DNA of 64,000 nt from PVC group bacterium (lineage in GTDB: Bacteria > Omnitrophota > Gorgyraeia > B26-G9): contig JAAEQR010000195.1 in the NCBI GenBank assembly GCA_024231215.1, forward strand, positions 78,755 through 142,754, read 5' to 3'. Below, piece by piece: positions 20,501 to 31,349 of the stretch. The notes under the pieces were generated by a model. The model ran no database searches and was not told the origin of the DNA. It was given only the letters and a program-made list of their open reading frames with translations. Positions within the stretch are counted from its first letter, which is position 1. Each line of letters begins with the position of its first letter. The translations under genes were made by a program, and so were the position numbers.

Positions 20501-20804
20501 TAAAGGTACCGCGAAAGTTTTAAATTCGAATAATATTAAGACGAAAAAAATGAAAAAGATTGGTGAAGGTAATACGGATATTTTAGAAAATATTCGAAAC
20601 GGGAAGATTAATCTTATTATCAATACGCCTTCCGGAGAAAGAGGGCAATCGGATATGAAGCCAATGCGAAGCCTGGCAGTTATGCACGGAGTTCCGTGTA
20701 TAACGACTATTTCGGGAGCTCAGGCTGCGGTAAACGGGATTGAATCGATGCTTGAAGGAGAGATGTCAGTGACTTCGATCCAGGAATATATTAAACAGAT
20801 CTAA
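17577..20804 (+). CDS. carB: Carbamoyl-phosphate synthase large subunit (copy 1)
   Basis: [41 protein letters not shown], duplicated ATP-grasp halves, C-terminal MGS domain. Confidence 0.97.
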   Translation: MPKSTDIKKILIIGSGPIIIGQACEFDYSGTQACKALREEGYEVVLVNSNPATIMTDPETADSIYIEPITPEVVIKIIEKERPDAILPTLGGQTGLNIAMKVAESGALEKYNVKMIGANAAAIKKAEDRKDFKEAMQNIELDVPKSALAYTMEEALGALDDIGLPIIIRPSFTMGGTGGGIAHTKEEFERICALGLKSSMINEVLVEESILGWKEYELEVMRDTKDNVVIVCSIENFDPMGIHTGDSITVAPAQTLTDVEYQKMRNAALAIMREIGVETGGSNVQFAVNPKDGRMVVIEMNPRVSRSSALASKATGFPIAKFAAKLAVGYTLDEIQNDITKETPASFEPTIDYCVVKIPRFTFEKFPEAKDVLGISMKSVGETMAIGRTFKEALQKGLRGLEIGHTGFDNKQKFTDISEEKMMHRLKEPNASRIFYMKYALQRGMSIEELYEITKVDPWFISNLKEIVELEKEIVNHSSKTKGMGFDIEILEQAKQWGFSDKQIADLIQTEESAVRHFRKKQGLEATYKLVDTCAAEFEAYTPYYYSTYETEDEARSSDKKKIMILGGGPNRIGQGIEFDYCCCHAAFALKELGYETIMVNSNPETVSTDYDTSDKLYFEPLTFEDVMNIVDKEKPDGIIVQFGGQTPLNLAKRLLDAGAPIIGTSVESIDRAEDRDKFSKLVKKLRIHQPANGSATNKEEALEIASEIGYPVLVRPSYVLGGRSMKIVYNDDDLNEFIKEAKDTSKDKPILIDKFLEDAVEVDVDAISDGEMTVIGGIMEHIEEAGVHSGDSACVLPPHTLSDDIIDKIRKDTLAMSKELKVKGLLNIQFAVKKDKVYVLEVNPRASRTVPFVSKATGVPLAKIAAKVMSGKKLTELGFTDEIKVEHFSVKESVLPFSRFSGVDVLLGPEMKSTGEVMGIDTSFGQAFYKAQIAAGTVLPREGTIFISVKNDDKRNIVFIAKKLYDMGYSIMATKGTAKVLNSNNIKTKKMKKIGEGNTDILENIRNGKINLIINTPSGERGQSDMKPMRSLAVMHGVPCITTISGAQAAVNGIESMLEGEMSVTSIQEYIKQI

Positions 20805-20851
20805 CCGCTCACAATAGGGTGAGTAGTAACGTATTCGGGGAGGAATACAGT

Positions 20852-23800
20852 ATGCCGAGAAGAGATGATATTAAAAAAGTTTTGATTATAGGTTCCGGGC
20901 CGATTATTATTGGGCAGGCATGTGAATTTGATTATTCAGGTACACAGGCTTGTAAAGCATTGAAAGAGGAAGGTTACGAGGTTGTTCTGGTTAACTCTAA
21001 TCCGGCAACAATTATGACTGATCCGGGTATGGCGGATAAAACATATATAGAACCGTTGACCATAGAAAGTATTGAAAAAATCATTGAAAAAGAACGGCCT
21101 GACGCATTGCTTCCTAATTTAGGCGGGCAGACAGCTTTGAATCTTTCGGCTTCTTTATCTAAAGCTGGTATATTAAAAAAATATAATGTGGAAGTTATCG
21201 GAGTAAAAACAGATGCAATTGAACGCGGTGAAGACAGAATTATTTTTAAAGAAACAATGAACAAGCTTGGTATTGAAATGCCGACTTCAGAGCCGTGTCA
21301 TTCCGTAGAGGAAGCAGAGAAAATTGCTGAAAAAATAGGATATCCGGTAGTATTAAGGCCTGCATATACTATGGGCGGTACAGGCGGTGGTATTGCCTAT
21401 AATATAGAAGAATTACGTACGATTGTAAGTCGTGGTCTTTCGGTTAGCATAGTGCATCAGGTTTTAGTTGAAGAATCTGTTATTGGCTGGGAAGAGCTGG
21501 AACTTGAAGTTGTAAGAGACGCTAAAGGGCAGAAAATCACCGTATGTTTTATTGAAAACATAGATGCGATGGGAGTGCATACCGGAGATAGCTTTTGCGC
21601 AGCACCAATGTTGACGGTTCCGGAAAAATTGCAAAAGCGTATGCAGGAGGCTGCTTATAAAATAGTTGATGCTATCGGGGTTACCGGTGGTACGAACGTA
21701 CAGTTTGCGCATAATTTAAAAGATGACCGATTGGTTGTAATTGAAATTAATCCCAGGACTTCACGTTCATCAGCCTTGGCGTCTAAAGCAACTGGTTTTC
21801 CAATTGCCAGGATTTCTACAAAACTTGCAGCTGGGTTGACAATGGATGAAATCCCTTATTGGAAAGAAGGAACTCTTGAAAAATATGCGCCGAGTGGAGA
21901 ATATGTAGTAATTAAATTTGCTCGTTGGGCGTTTGAGAAATTTCCCGGGTCTCAGGATGTCTTAGGTACACAGATGAGAGCTGTTGGTGAAGTAATGAGT
22001 ATTGGTAAGAATTTTAAAGAAGCATTTTTGAAAGCAATACGTTCTTTGGAAATTAAACGTTATGGTCTTGGCGGAGCAAAAGATTTCAAGGAACTTTCAT
22101 TAGATAGATTAAAAGAGAAATTAGCTAATCCTTCTAGTGAGAGGATATTCCTGGTCTATGAGGCCTTGCGTAAGGGTATGAGCCCGGAAGAGCTTTATAA
22201 ATTAACACATATTGGTATCTGGTTTTTAACTCAGATGCAGGAACTTGTGCAATTTGAGGAAAAGGTGCTTACCTGTAAATGGGAAGATCTGGCGGATGAA
22301 CAATTGATCGAAGCTAAAAAACTAGGGTTTGCGGATAAGTATTTGGCTGGTCTTTTCAATGTTGATGAAAAGAAAATTCGGGATAAGCGGATTGCCTTGG
22401 GGATGCATGGCAGATTTGAAGCAGTACCGGTAAGCGGTGTGGAAAATGCCGCGTATTATTATTCAACATATAACGCGGAAGATACTGTGCCAGTTTCTCT
22501 GAATAAAAAGATTATGATTTTAGGCGGCGGTCCGAATCGAATCGGGCAGGGGATTGAATTTGATTATACTTGTGTTCATGCGGCGTTTACCTTACGTGAT
22601 GAGGGTTATGAATCAATTATGGTCAATTGTAATCCGGAAACAGTTTCTACTGATTATGATACTTCTAATAAACTGTATTTTGAACCATTGACAGTGGAAG
22701 ATGTTTTAACTATTTATGAAAAAGAAAAGCCGGAAGGTGTTATTGTCCAGTTTGGCGGGCAGACTCCGTTAAACATCGCGCAAGAATTAAAAGATAATGG
22801 TGTAAAAATATTAGGTACGACTCCGGAAAGTATTCATTTAGCAGAAGACCGGGAGCGTTTCAGGGAAAAAATGATTGCCTTAGGCGTGCCTCAGCCGGAA
22901 AGTGGAATTGCGCGTTCATTAGAAGAAGCAATTGATATTTCGGAAAAGATTGGCTATCCGCTGATGGTACGTCCTTCTTATGTATTGGGCGGTAGAGGTA
23001 TGGAAGTTATTTATGATCAGGTAATGTTGAAACGCTATGCTATAGAAGCGATCCAGGTAAGCCCGGAACATCCAATGCTTATCGACCGATTTTTAGAAGA
23101 CGCGATTGAAGCAGAAGTGGATGCGCTAAGTGATGGCGAGAATACATTTGTTGCTTCGATTATGGAACATATAGAACTAGCTGGGGTTCATTCCGGAGAT
23201 TCCGCATGTGCGATACCTCCTCATTCGATTCCGGAAAAACATATCAAGACAATAGAGGGATATACCGCGAAGATCGCAAAAGAATTAGAAGTTGTCGGGT
23301 TGATGAATATTCAATATGCGATTTGTGATGATAAGGTGTATATTTTGGAAGCTAACCCGCGAGCTTCACGTACAGTTCCGATTGTTTCCAAAATTATGGG
23401 TATTCAAACAGCGCGGATTGCAACACAGCTGATGTTGGGTAAAAAGCTGAAAGATTTTCCGGAATTAAAAAGTGAAAAGGTTTCTTATGTGGGAGTTAAA
23501 GAAGCGGTTTTTCCTTTTAATATGTTCCCTGAAGTAGACCCTCTCTTAGGCCCGGAGATGAGAGCAACCGGAGAGGTTATGGGTATTGCCGATTCTTTTG
23601 CTAAAGCATTTTATAAAGCCGAAGAAGCTGCCGGAGCCAAGCTGCCGGTAAAAGGGAATATTTTACTTACTGTTGCCGATAGAGATAAGCCAGCGTTGCT
23701 TCCAATTGCTGAACATGTTAAGAAATTGGGATTTAATATCTATGCTACCGAAGGGACAGGAACATATTTAAAAGCACATGGTATTGATACTACTTTCGTG

Positions 23801-24049
23801 AAAAAAGTGCATGAAGGAAGACCTAATGTTTCGGATTCAATTAAGAATAAAGAGATACAGTTGGTAATTAATACTCCGGTAGGAAGAACAAGTAAATATG
23901 ATGACAGCTATATTCGCATGATGGCGATACAGCATAAGGTACCCTATATAACGTCAATGGCAGCAGCGCAGGCGAGTATAGAAGGAATTGAAGCTGTGAA
24001 TAATGCGGATATTGCACCGAAAGCATTACAGGATTATTATAAGGAGTAG
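20852..24049 (+). CDS. carB: Carbamoyl-phosphate synthase large subunit (copy 2, divergent paralog)
   Basis: [48 protein letters not shown]; full length. ATG 20852 follows the RBS ggagga. Confidence 0.95.
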   Translation: MPRRDDIKKVLIIGSGPIIIGQACEFDYSGTQACKALKEEGYEVVLVNSNPATIMTDPGMADKTYIEPLTIESIEKIIEKERPDALLPNLGGQTALNLSASLSKAGILKKYNVEVIGVKTDAIERGEDRIIFKETMNKLGIEMPTSEPCHSVEEAEKIAEKIGYPVVLRPAYTMGGTGGGIAYNIEELRTIVSRGLSVSIVHQVLVEESVIGWEELELEVVRDAKGQKITVCFIENIDAMGVHTGDSFCAAPMLTVPEKLQKRMQEAAYKIVDAIGVTGGTNVQFAHNLKDDRLVVIEINPRTSRSSALASKATGFPIARISTKLAAGLTMDEIPYWKEGTLEKYAPSGEYVVIKFARWAFEKFPGSQDVLGTQMRAVGEVMSIGKNFKEAFLKAIRSLEIKRYGLGGAKDFKELSLDRLKEKLANPSSERIFLVYEALRKGMSPEELYKLTHIGIWFLTQMQELVQFEEKVLTCKWEDLADEQLIEAKKLGFADKYLAGLFNVDEKKIRDKRIALGMHGRFEAVPVSGVENAAYYYSTYNAEDTVPVSLNKKIMILGGGPNRIGQGIEFDYTCVHAAFTLRDEGYESIMVNCNPETVSTDYDTSNKLYFEPLTVEDVLTIYEKEKPEGVIVQFGGQTPLNIAQELKDNGVKILGTTPESIHLAEDRERFREKMIALGVPQPESGIARSLEEAIDISEKIGYPLMVRPSYVLGGRGMEVIYDQVMLKRYAIEAIQVSPEHPMLIDRFLEDAIEAEVDALSDGENTFVASIMEHIELAGVHSGDSACAIPPHSIPEKHIKTIEGYTAKIAKELEVVGLMNIQYAICDDKVYILEANPRASRTVPIVSKIMGIQTARIATQLMLGKKLKDFPELKSEKVSYVGVKEAVFPFNMFPEVDPLLGPEMRATGEVMGIADSFAKAFYKAEEAAGAKLPVKGNILLTVADRDKPALLPIAEHVKKLGFNIYATEGTGTYLKAHGIDTTFVKKVHEGRPNVSDSIKNKEIQLVINTPVGRTSKYDDSYIRMMAIQHKVPYITSMAAAQASIEGIEAVNNADIAPKALQDYYKE

Positions 24050-24051
24050 AA

Positions 24052-25428
24052 ATGTGTGGGATTTTTGGAATCAGTGGACATAAAGAAGCGGGGAGATTAA
24101 CACACCTGGGGTTATTCGCATTGCAGCATCGAGGCGAGGAAAGTGCCGGGATTGTAACTTGTGATGGGAAAAAAGTGCGTTCTCGCCGAGCCATGGGCTT
24201 GGTTGGGGATGTGTTTGATGAGCCGGCAATAAAATCACTGAGGGGCAATGTTGCCATAGGACATGTTCGCTATTCTACTACCGGATCAAGCAACATGAAA
24301 AATATTCAGCCGTTTTTGGTAAGCCATAAGAAGGGAAATATTGCGGTTGCGCATAACGGAAACCTGACCAATACATATGAACTGAGAGAAAAGCTGGAAG
24401 AAAAAGGTTCTATTTTCCAGAGCTCAATGGATTCGGAAGTAATTGTGCATCTTTTAGCGCAGTCTAGCAATAAAGATTATAGGCAGCGGGTTGTGGAAAC
24501 ATTATCGCAGCTTGACGGTGCTTATTCTCTGAGCATATTAATTAATAATGTATTGATCGGAGTGCGGGATCCACACGGATTTAGGCCGTTATGTATTGGA
24601 AAACTGGATGGTGCTTATGTCTTGGCGAGTGAGACATGTGCGCTTGATTTAATTCACGCTAAATATGTAAGAGATGTAGCTCCGGGAGAAGTTGTGTTTA
24701 TCACAAAACAAGGGATTGAATCAATAACACCCTTTCCCAAAAAACCACATGCATTTTGTATATTCGAATACATATATTTTGCTAGGCCGGATAGTAATAT
24801 CTTTGGTAAAAACGTATATTTAACCAGAAAACGTTTAGGCAAGAGTATGGCTCGAGAAGCTTCGGCTAAATGTGATTCAATAATGCCGATACCTGATTCG
24901 GGTAATTATGCAGCACTAGGATTTGCCGAAGAAGCGGGTATACCTTTTGAAGTGGGGATGATCAGGAACCATTACATCGGAAGGACGTTTATTCAGCCCA
25001 CACAGGGCATCCGGGATTTTAGGGTAAGAGTGAAGCTTAATCCGATAAAAGATGTGCTTAAAGGGAAAAAACTGGTTGTTGTAGAAGATTCTATTGTCCG
25101 CGGGACAACAAGTAAATCGCGGGTAAAGACAATACGTGACGCAGGAGTAAAAAAAATACATATGCGTATTAGCTGTCCGCCTATAAAATTCCCGTGTTTC
25201 TATGGAATTGATTTTCCTTCACGTAAGGAACTTATTGCTTCCGGGAAATCTGTAAAACAGATACAGAAATTTTTAAAACTGGATAGCCTGGAATATTTAA
25301 GCCTTAAAGGGATGTTAGATGCAATGCTTTTGCCTAAATGTGAGTTTTGCACGGCATGTTTTAGCGGTAAGTATCCGACAAAGTTGCCAAAGAGATTTTC
25401 TAAAAAGATGCTGGAAAAAAGAAAATAG
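24052..25428 (+). CDS. purF: Amidophosphoribosyltransferase
   Basis: N-terminal MCGIFG (catalytic Cys), QHRG, GHVRYST, VEDSIVRGTT PRPP loop, Fe-S cysteines (CFYG, FCTACF). Confidence 0.97.
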   Translation: MCGIFGISGHKEAGRLTHLGLFALQHRGEESAGIVTCDGKKVRSRRAMGLVGDVFDEPAIKSLRGNVAIGHVRYSTTGSSNMKNIQPFLVSHKKGNIAVAHNGNLTNTYELREKLEEKGSIFQSSMDSEVIVHLLAQSSNKDYRQRVVETLSQLDGAYSLSILINNVLIGVRDPHGFRPLCIGKLDGAYVLASETCALDLIHAKYVRDVAPGEVVFITKQGIESITPFPKKPHAFCIFEYIYFARPDSNIFGKNVYLTRKRLGKSMAREASAKCDSIMPIPDSGNYAALGFAEEAGIPFEVGMIRNHYIGRTFIQPTQGIRDFRVRVKLNPIKDVLKGKKLVVVEDSIVRGTTSKSRVKTIRDAGVKKIHMRISCPPIKFPCFYGIDFPSRKELIASGKSVKQIQKFLKLDSLEYLSLKGMLDAMLLPKCEFCTACFSGKYPTKLPKRFSKKMLEKRK

Positions 25429-25437
25429 GGAGAATAT

Positions 25438-26955
25438 ATGTGTGCGCAAATAGGTTTTGATAACGAAAAGTATTTAAAAGAACAAAGCGCGGCAATCTTA
25501 GAACGGGTAAAGAAATCTGAACATAAGCTGTATCTTGAATTTGGAGGAAAGCTGCTTTTTGATTATCATGCATCGAGAGTGCTCCCGGGATTTGATCCCA
25601 ACGTAAAAATGAGGCTACTGCAAAAGCTTAAAGACAAAGCCGATATCATACTGTGCATCTATGCCGGTGATATTGAAAGAAGGAAAGTGCGGGCGGATTT
25701 CGGAATTACCTATGATGCAGATGTGCTTAAAGTTATTGATGATTTATCTCATTGGGGGATAACCAGAGTTCAGGTTGTGATCACGCGTTTTGACGGACAG
25801 CGTTCCGCGACTATATTTAAAAACAAATTAGAACGAAGAGGGGTAAAGGTATATACACATAGTTTTACTAAAGGATATCCTACGGATATAGATATGATTG
25901 TAAGCGATGAGGGGTATGGGGCTAATCCTTATATTAAGACAGACAATCAATTGGTTGTAGTGACGGCTCCCGGACCTGGAAGCGGAAAACTAGCGACTTG
26001 TCTTTCTCAGTTATATCATGATTACCGGAAAGGAAGAAAAAGCCGGTATTCAAAATTTGAAACTTTTCCGATATGGAATATCCCTTTAAAACATCCGGTA
26101 AATGTAGCTTATGAAGCGGCAACAGCAGATCTTAGGGATTTTAATATGATTGATCCTTTTCATATGGAGACTTATGGAGAAAAGACTATAAATTATAACC
26201 GGGATGTTGAAGTGTTTCCGGTATTAAAAAGGATTCTGGAAAAGATTATGAACGCAGAATCTCCTTATCAGTCACCTACGGATATGGGAGTTAATCGGGC
26301 AGGTTTTGGAATTATTGATGATACAGTAGTTCAGGAAGCAGCAAGGCAGGAGATTATACGGCGATATTTCCGGTATGCTTGTGAGTATATAATGGGATTT
26401 GTGGACAAAGAAACAGTGCAGAGAGTGGAATTACTTCTGGAAGAATTAGGAATAAAAATTGAGAATAGAAAAGTTGTCTTACCGGCACGAAAGGCAGCCG
26501 AGCAGGCGCAGAAGAAAAAGAAAGGTAATGAAGGTATTTACTGTGGAGCAGCATTAGAACTGCCTGATGGGACAATTATTACCGGGAAAAATTCACCGTT
26601 AATGCATGCCGCATCAAGTGTTATTATAAATGCAGTAAAAAAGCTTGCGGGTATTCCAGATAAAATTCATTTATTATCTCCAAACATTTTAGAATCTATA
26701 AGGCAGCTTAACAGTAATATTCTTAATGCTAAAATCGTAAGCTTGGATTTAGAAGAAATGCTTATTGCGTTGAGTATTAGTGCGGCGACCAATCCTACAT
26801 CTCAGCTGGCGATTGAAAAGTTGAAAGAATTGCGGAATTGTGAGGTGCACATGACGCATATTCCTACTCCGGGAGATGAGGCTGGTTTGCGGCGGTTAGG
26901 GGTGAATATGACCAGCGATCCTGATTTTTCTACTAAGGGGTTATTTGTGTCGTAA
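25438..26955 (+). CDS. DUF1846 (UPF0371) family P-loop protein
   Basis: [61 protein letters not shown]. Confidence 0.88.
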   Translation: MCAQIGFDNEKYLKEQSAAILERVKKSEHKLYLEFGGKLLFDYHASRVLPGFDPNVKMRLLQKLKDKADIILCIYAGDIERRKVRADFGITYDADVLKVIDDLSHWGITRVQVVITRFDGQRSATIFKNKLERRGVKVYTHSFTKGYPTDIDMIVSDEGYGANPYIKTDNQLVVVTAPGPGSGKLATCLSQLYHDYRKGRKSRYSKFETFPIWNIPLKHPVNVAYEAATADLRDFNMIDPFHMETYGEKTINYNRDVEVFPVLKRILEKIMNAESPYQSPTDMGVNRAGFGIIDDTVVQEAARQEIIRRYFRYACEYIMGFVDKETVQRVELLLEELGIKIENRKVVLPARKAAEQAQKKKKGNEGIYCGAALELPDGTIITGKNSPLMHAASSVIINAVKKLAGIPDKIHLLSPNILESIRQLNSNILNAKIVSLDLEEMLIALSISAATNPTSQLAIEKLKELRNCEVHMTHIPTPGDEAGLRRLGVNMTSDPDFSTKGLFVS

Positions 26956-26997
26956 GACGTAGATGAGTTGGAGTCGGTTTCCAAGTTAGCAGCTTAG

Positions 26998-28656
<1,659 letters not shown>

Positions 28657-28657
28657 G

Positions 28658-29377
28658 TTGAAAGGGGTTTTGAAGTTGAATATTAAATCACATGAAGCAT
28701 ACATAGATACATTAAGTAAAATAAGTAAGGCGATAACAAGCGATCTTTATTTAGAAGACGTTTTAAAACTTGTGGTTACCTTGACCGCGAATGTTATGAA
28801 CGCAAAAATTTGCGCTTTGTGGCTTTTGGATGAAAAGACTCAGGAATTAAAAATTAAAGCAACACAAGCGATGAGCAGTGAATATTTAAAAGAGCGTACA
28901 TTAAAAGTTGGCGAGGGAATTGTCGGGTTAGTCGCGAAAAGCAAGAAGCCGATTGCGATACTGGATATTTTGAAAGATAAAAGGTATAAAGAGAAGAAAT
29001 TAGCTAAGAAAGAAAAACTTGTTTCTATGCTTAGTATTCCGATGCTTGTAAAGAGTCGTGTGATTGGAGTTGTTAATTGTTATACAACCGCGAAGTATAA
29101 ATTTACTAAAAGCGACATCAATCTTTTAAGTACTGTTTCCAATCAGGCTGCTGTAGCTATAGAAAATACAGAGTTAATTGTTAAGACAAAAGTTGTGCAG
29201 GAAGAATTAGACGCGCGAAAAAAAGTGGAAAAAGCAAAAGGGCTCTTAATGAAGGAACAGAATATTACTGAGCAGCAAGCGTACAATATCCTCCGCAAGT
29301 CAAGTATGAATAAACGCATTTCCATGAAAGATATTGCCGAGGCAATAATCCTATCTTCTGAAATCAAGAAAAAATAA
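28658..29377 (+). CDS. GAF and ANTAR domain-containing RNA-binding antiterminator
   Basis: GAF domain (GEGIVGLVA, SMLSIPML...VIGVVN, LLSTVSNQAAVAIEN) and C-terminal ANTAR domain (LDARKKVEKAKGLLM...TEQQAYNILRKSSMNKRISMKDIAEAII). Exact start uncertain. Confidence 0.9.
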   Translation: MKGVLKLNIKSHEAYIDTLSKISKAITSDLYLEDVLKLVVTLTANVMNAKICALWLLDEKTQELKIKATQAMSSEYLKERTLKVGEGIVGLVAKSKKPIAILDILKDKRYKEKKLAKKEKLVSMLSIPMLVKSRVIGVVNCYTTAKYKFTKSDINLLSTVSNQAAVAIENTELIVKTKVVQEELDARKKVEKAKGLLMKEQNITEQQAYNILRKSSMNKRISMKDIAEAIILSSEIKKK

Positions 29378-29555
29378 TCATCGAAAAATACTGAAATATT
29401 TTATTGTTGCTTTTTTTGTAAAATTTTTTTTTGCAAAAAAGTAATTTTTTCCTTGTAATCAATTCCCGTTTTAGTATATAGTATACATATAAGAAAAAAA
29501 TGGGGGTTAATCAGTAAAACTGATTTAATATATAAAAATGAAAGGGGGTGACACC

Positions 29556-29750
29556 GTGGCCGTAAAAAAGAAAAAAGCAGCAAAGAAAAAAGTGGCAAAG
29601 AAAAAAGTTGTAAAGAAAAAAGTAGCTAAGAAAAAAGTGGCAAAGAAAAAAGTTGTAAAGAAAAAAGTGGCAAAGAAAAAAGTAGCAAAGAAAAAAGTGG
29701 CAAAGAAAAAAGTGGCAAAGAAAAAAGTGGCAAAGAAAAAGAAAAAATAG
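29556..29750 (+). CDS. Histone H1-like lysine-rich small protein, (KKKVA)n
   Basis: GTG start after the RBS aggggg; 64 aa with 39 Lys. Repeat variation is mostly synonymous third-position change, which supports coding. Confidence 0.75.
   Translation: MAVKKKKAAKKKVAKKKVVKKKVAKKKVAKKKVVKKKVAKKKVAKKKVAKKKVAKKKVAKKKKK
29583..29732 (+). repeat. 15-bp tandem repeat x10 (AAGAAAAAAGTGGCA consensus)
   Basis: Directly visible; encodes KKKV[A/V] ten times. Confidence 0.95.
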
Positions 29751-29812
29751 TTGTTGGAACAACGTTGAATTTAAATCTTAGATTTTAAGTAGGTCCCAAA
29801 TTTGATTAGCAA

Positions 29813-29920
29813 AACAAGGATGTTGCTGAATCCCAAAGGTGGGGAAGCTAACAAAAAGTTTTAGGTGTTTGAAGTAAAAAAGATTTTCCCGCCTTTGGGA
29901 GGGGATCAAAAAACAGCATT
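29813..29920 (+). ncRNA. Candidate structured RNA with an ANTAR-like dual hairpin and a competing long stem
   Basis: AAC-AAGGAT-GTT (29813-29824), 7-nt linker, CCC-AAAGGT-GGG (29832-29843). TCCCAAAGGTGGGGAA can also pair with TTCCCGCCTTTGGGA (29886-29900). Confidence 0.45.
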
Positions 29921-30058
29921 TAGAATTTCTACACTAATATCCTTCCCATGTTTCCTATTTTTTATATTGTTGATGAAAATTAAATATTTTTTAAGTTGGA
30001 ACTGTTTGTGGTGCAACATGTTACGAAATTTAATATTTTAGAGCAGTTATTGATATCT

Positions 30059-30088
30059 TCTCCCCTCATTGTGTTGGGAGATTTTTTT
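30059..30088 (+). terminator. Putative intrinsic terminator closing the long 3' region after the H1-like gene
   Basis: tctccc-N11-gggaga followed by T7. Confidence 0.5.
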
Positions 30089-30168
30089 ATTTGTAGCCGG
30101 AGGCATAACTAATAATTGACTTTTTAATGTAAGTGTTGTATTTTAAAAGTTATAAGGGGGGTGATGGA

Positions 30169-30483
30169 ATGAATGGAAAGATAGTGTTACTGATTTTAGG
30201 AGTGTTTGCCGTAATGCTGGTTTCTTGCGTAGTATCTTTTGCTGCGGTTTCTGATGCAAATAATGTGAAAGAAGTGTATGAAGGGGCAACGGTTGAATGC
30301 GCTACTTGTCATGTTCCTGGTAATTTTAAAGAATTAAATAGTTATGGAGAGGAATATAACGATGCCGGCAGGAATACTACTGCCGTGGAAATATCCGGGG
30401 ATACCGATAGTGATGGTGATGATGTTAGCAACGCAGATGAAATAATGGCAGGGACTAATCCTGGAGATGCAGAGAGTAAATAA
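30169..30483 (+). CDS. Small exported protein with a CxxCH heme-binding motif and an acidic DxDxD Ca-binding-like tail
   Basis: Signal peptide (SFA-A), ECATCHV, DTDSDGDDVSNADEIMAGTNPGD. ATG 30169 follows a G-rich RBS. Confidence 0.7.
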   Translation: MNGKIVLLILGVFAVMLVSCVVSFAAVSDANNVKEVYEGATVECATCHVPGNFKELNSYGEEYNDAGRNTTAVEISGDTDSDGDDVSNADEIMAGTNPGDAESK

Positions 30484-30501
30484 TATAGATGAATTAGATT
30501 G

Positions 30502-30537
30502 ACGGCTGGGATGGTTAAACATCCTAGCCGTTTTTTT
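30502..30537 (+). terminator. Intrinsic terminator
   Basis: acggctgggatg-gttaaa-catcctagccgt followed by a T-tract. Confidence 0.85.
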
Positions 30538-30610
30538 GTAGGAAAAGATGCAATATAGTTTAAAAATTTTTAATAAAAAAGAAAGCTTTGCCGGTTGAAA
30601 GATAGTGTTT

Positions 30611-31300
30611 ATGTCTAAAAAAAATTCTATAAGAATTATTTATGAAGATGAATATTTGTTGGTGGTGGATAAATCAGCTGGATTGTTGGTGGTTCCGGCG
30701 GATAATGAAAAAGGAAATGATTTAACAGCTTTATTGAATGCTCAGTATAGTCAAAATGAGAAAAATATGAGAATTTATCCGTGTCATCGTTTGGATAAGG
30801 AAACTTCAGGTTTAATAATATTTGCTAAGAGTAAGAGAGTACAGCAGGCAATAATGGATGAATTTCGGAATCGGGAAGTGCGCAAGCATTATATCGCGTT
30901 TATTCAAGGCAAGTTAAAACAGAGAAGCGGGGTGTTGAAAAGTTATATTCAAGCAGTTTGGCCTTATATGAAAAAAGGTAAGAAGAAATTGGCGATTACG
31001 AATTTTCAGACTCAGACTGTTGGTAAAAATTTCAGTGTGTTAAAACTGCAGCCATTGACGGGGAGAACAAATCAGATCAGGATACAGTTTAGGGATATTG
31101 GCCATCCCTTGGTAGGGGAACGCAGGTTTGCTTTTGCCCGGGATTGGCCTGTTAAATTTCGTCGAACAGCGTTACATGCCGCAGGTCTTGAATTTGCGCA
31201 TCCTATTAATAAATCACGTATTAAGTTGCAGTCTGAATTGCCGGAAGACATGTCAGAGTTTTTAAATAAAAACGGCATTTCATTGCCTGTAAAAAATTAA
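30611..31300 (+). CDS. RluA/RluD-family RNA pseudouridine synthase
   Basis: IIYED..LLVVDKSAGL, HRLDKETSG (catalytic Asp), TGRTNQIR, GHPLVG, LHA. Confidence 0.92.
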   Translation: MSKKNSIRIIYEDEYLLVVDKSAGLLVVPADNEKGNDLTALLNAQYSQNEKNMRIYPCHRLDKETSGLIIFAKSKRVQQAIMDEFRNREVRKHYIAFIQGKLKQRSGVLKSYIQAVWPYMKKGKKKLAITNFQTQTVGKNFSVLKLQPLTGRTNQIRIQFRDIGHPLVGERRFAFARDWPVKFRRTALHAAGLEFAHPINKSRIKLQSELPEDMSEFLNKNGISLPVKN

Positions 31301-31349
31301 TATGTTAAAATAATATATAAATTACATTTTCAAATAAAGGACAGGTGAT

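Noticed and set aside
29583-29732. Possible CRISPR array
   Set aside because: The 15-bp units are contiguous with no unique spacers, and there are no cas genes. It is a coding tandem repeat.
29511-29762. Minus-strand ORF of FFLCH repeats (also 29401-29598)
   Set aside because: It is the antisense mirror of the KKKVA repeat. The + strand has the RBS and the mostly synonymous variation pattern.
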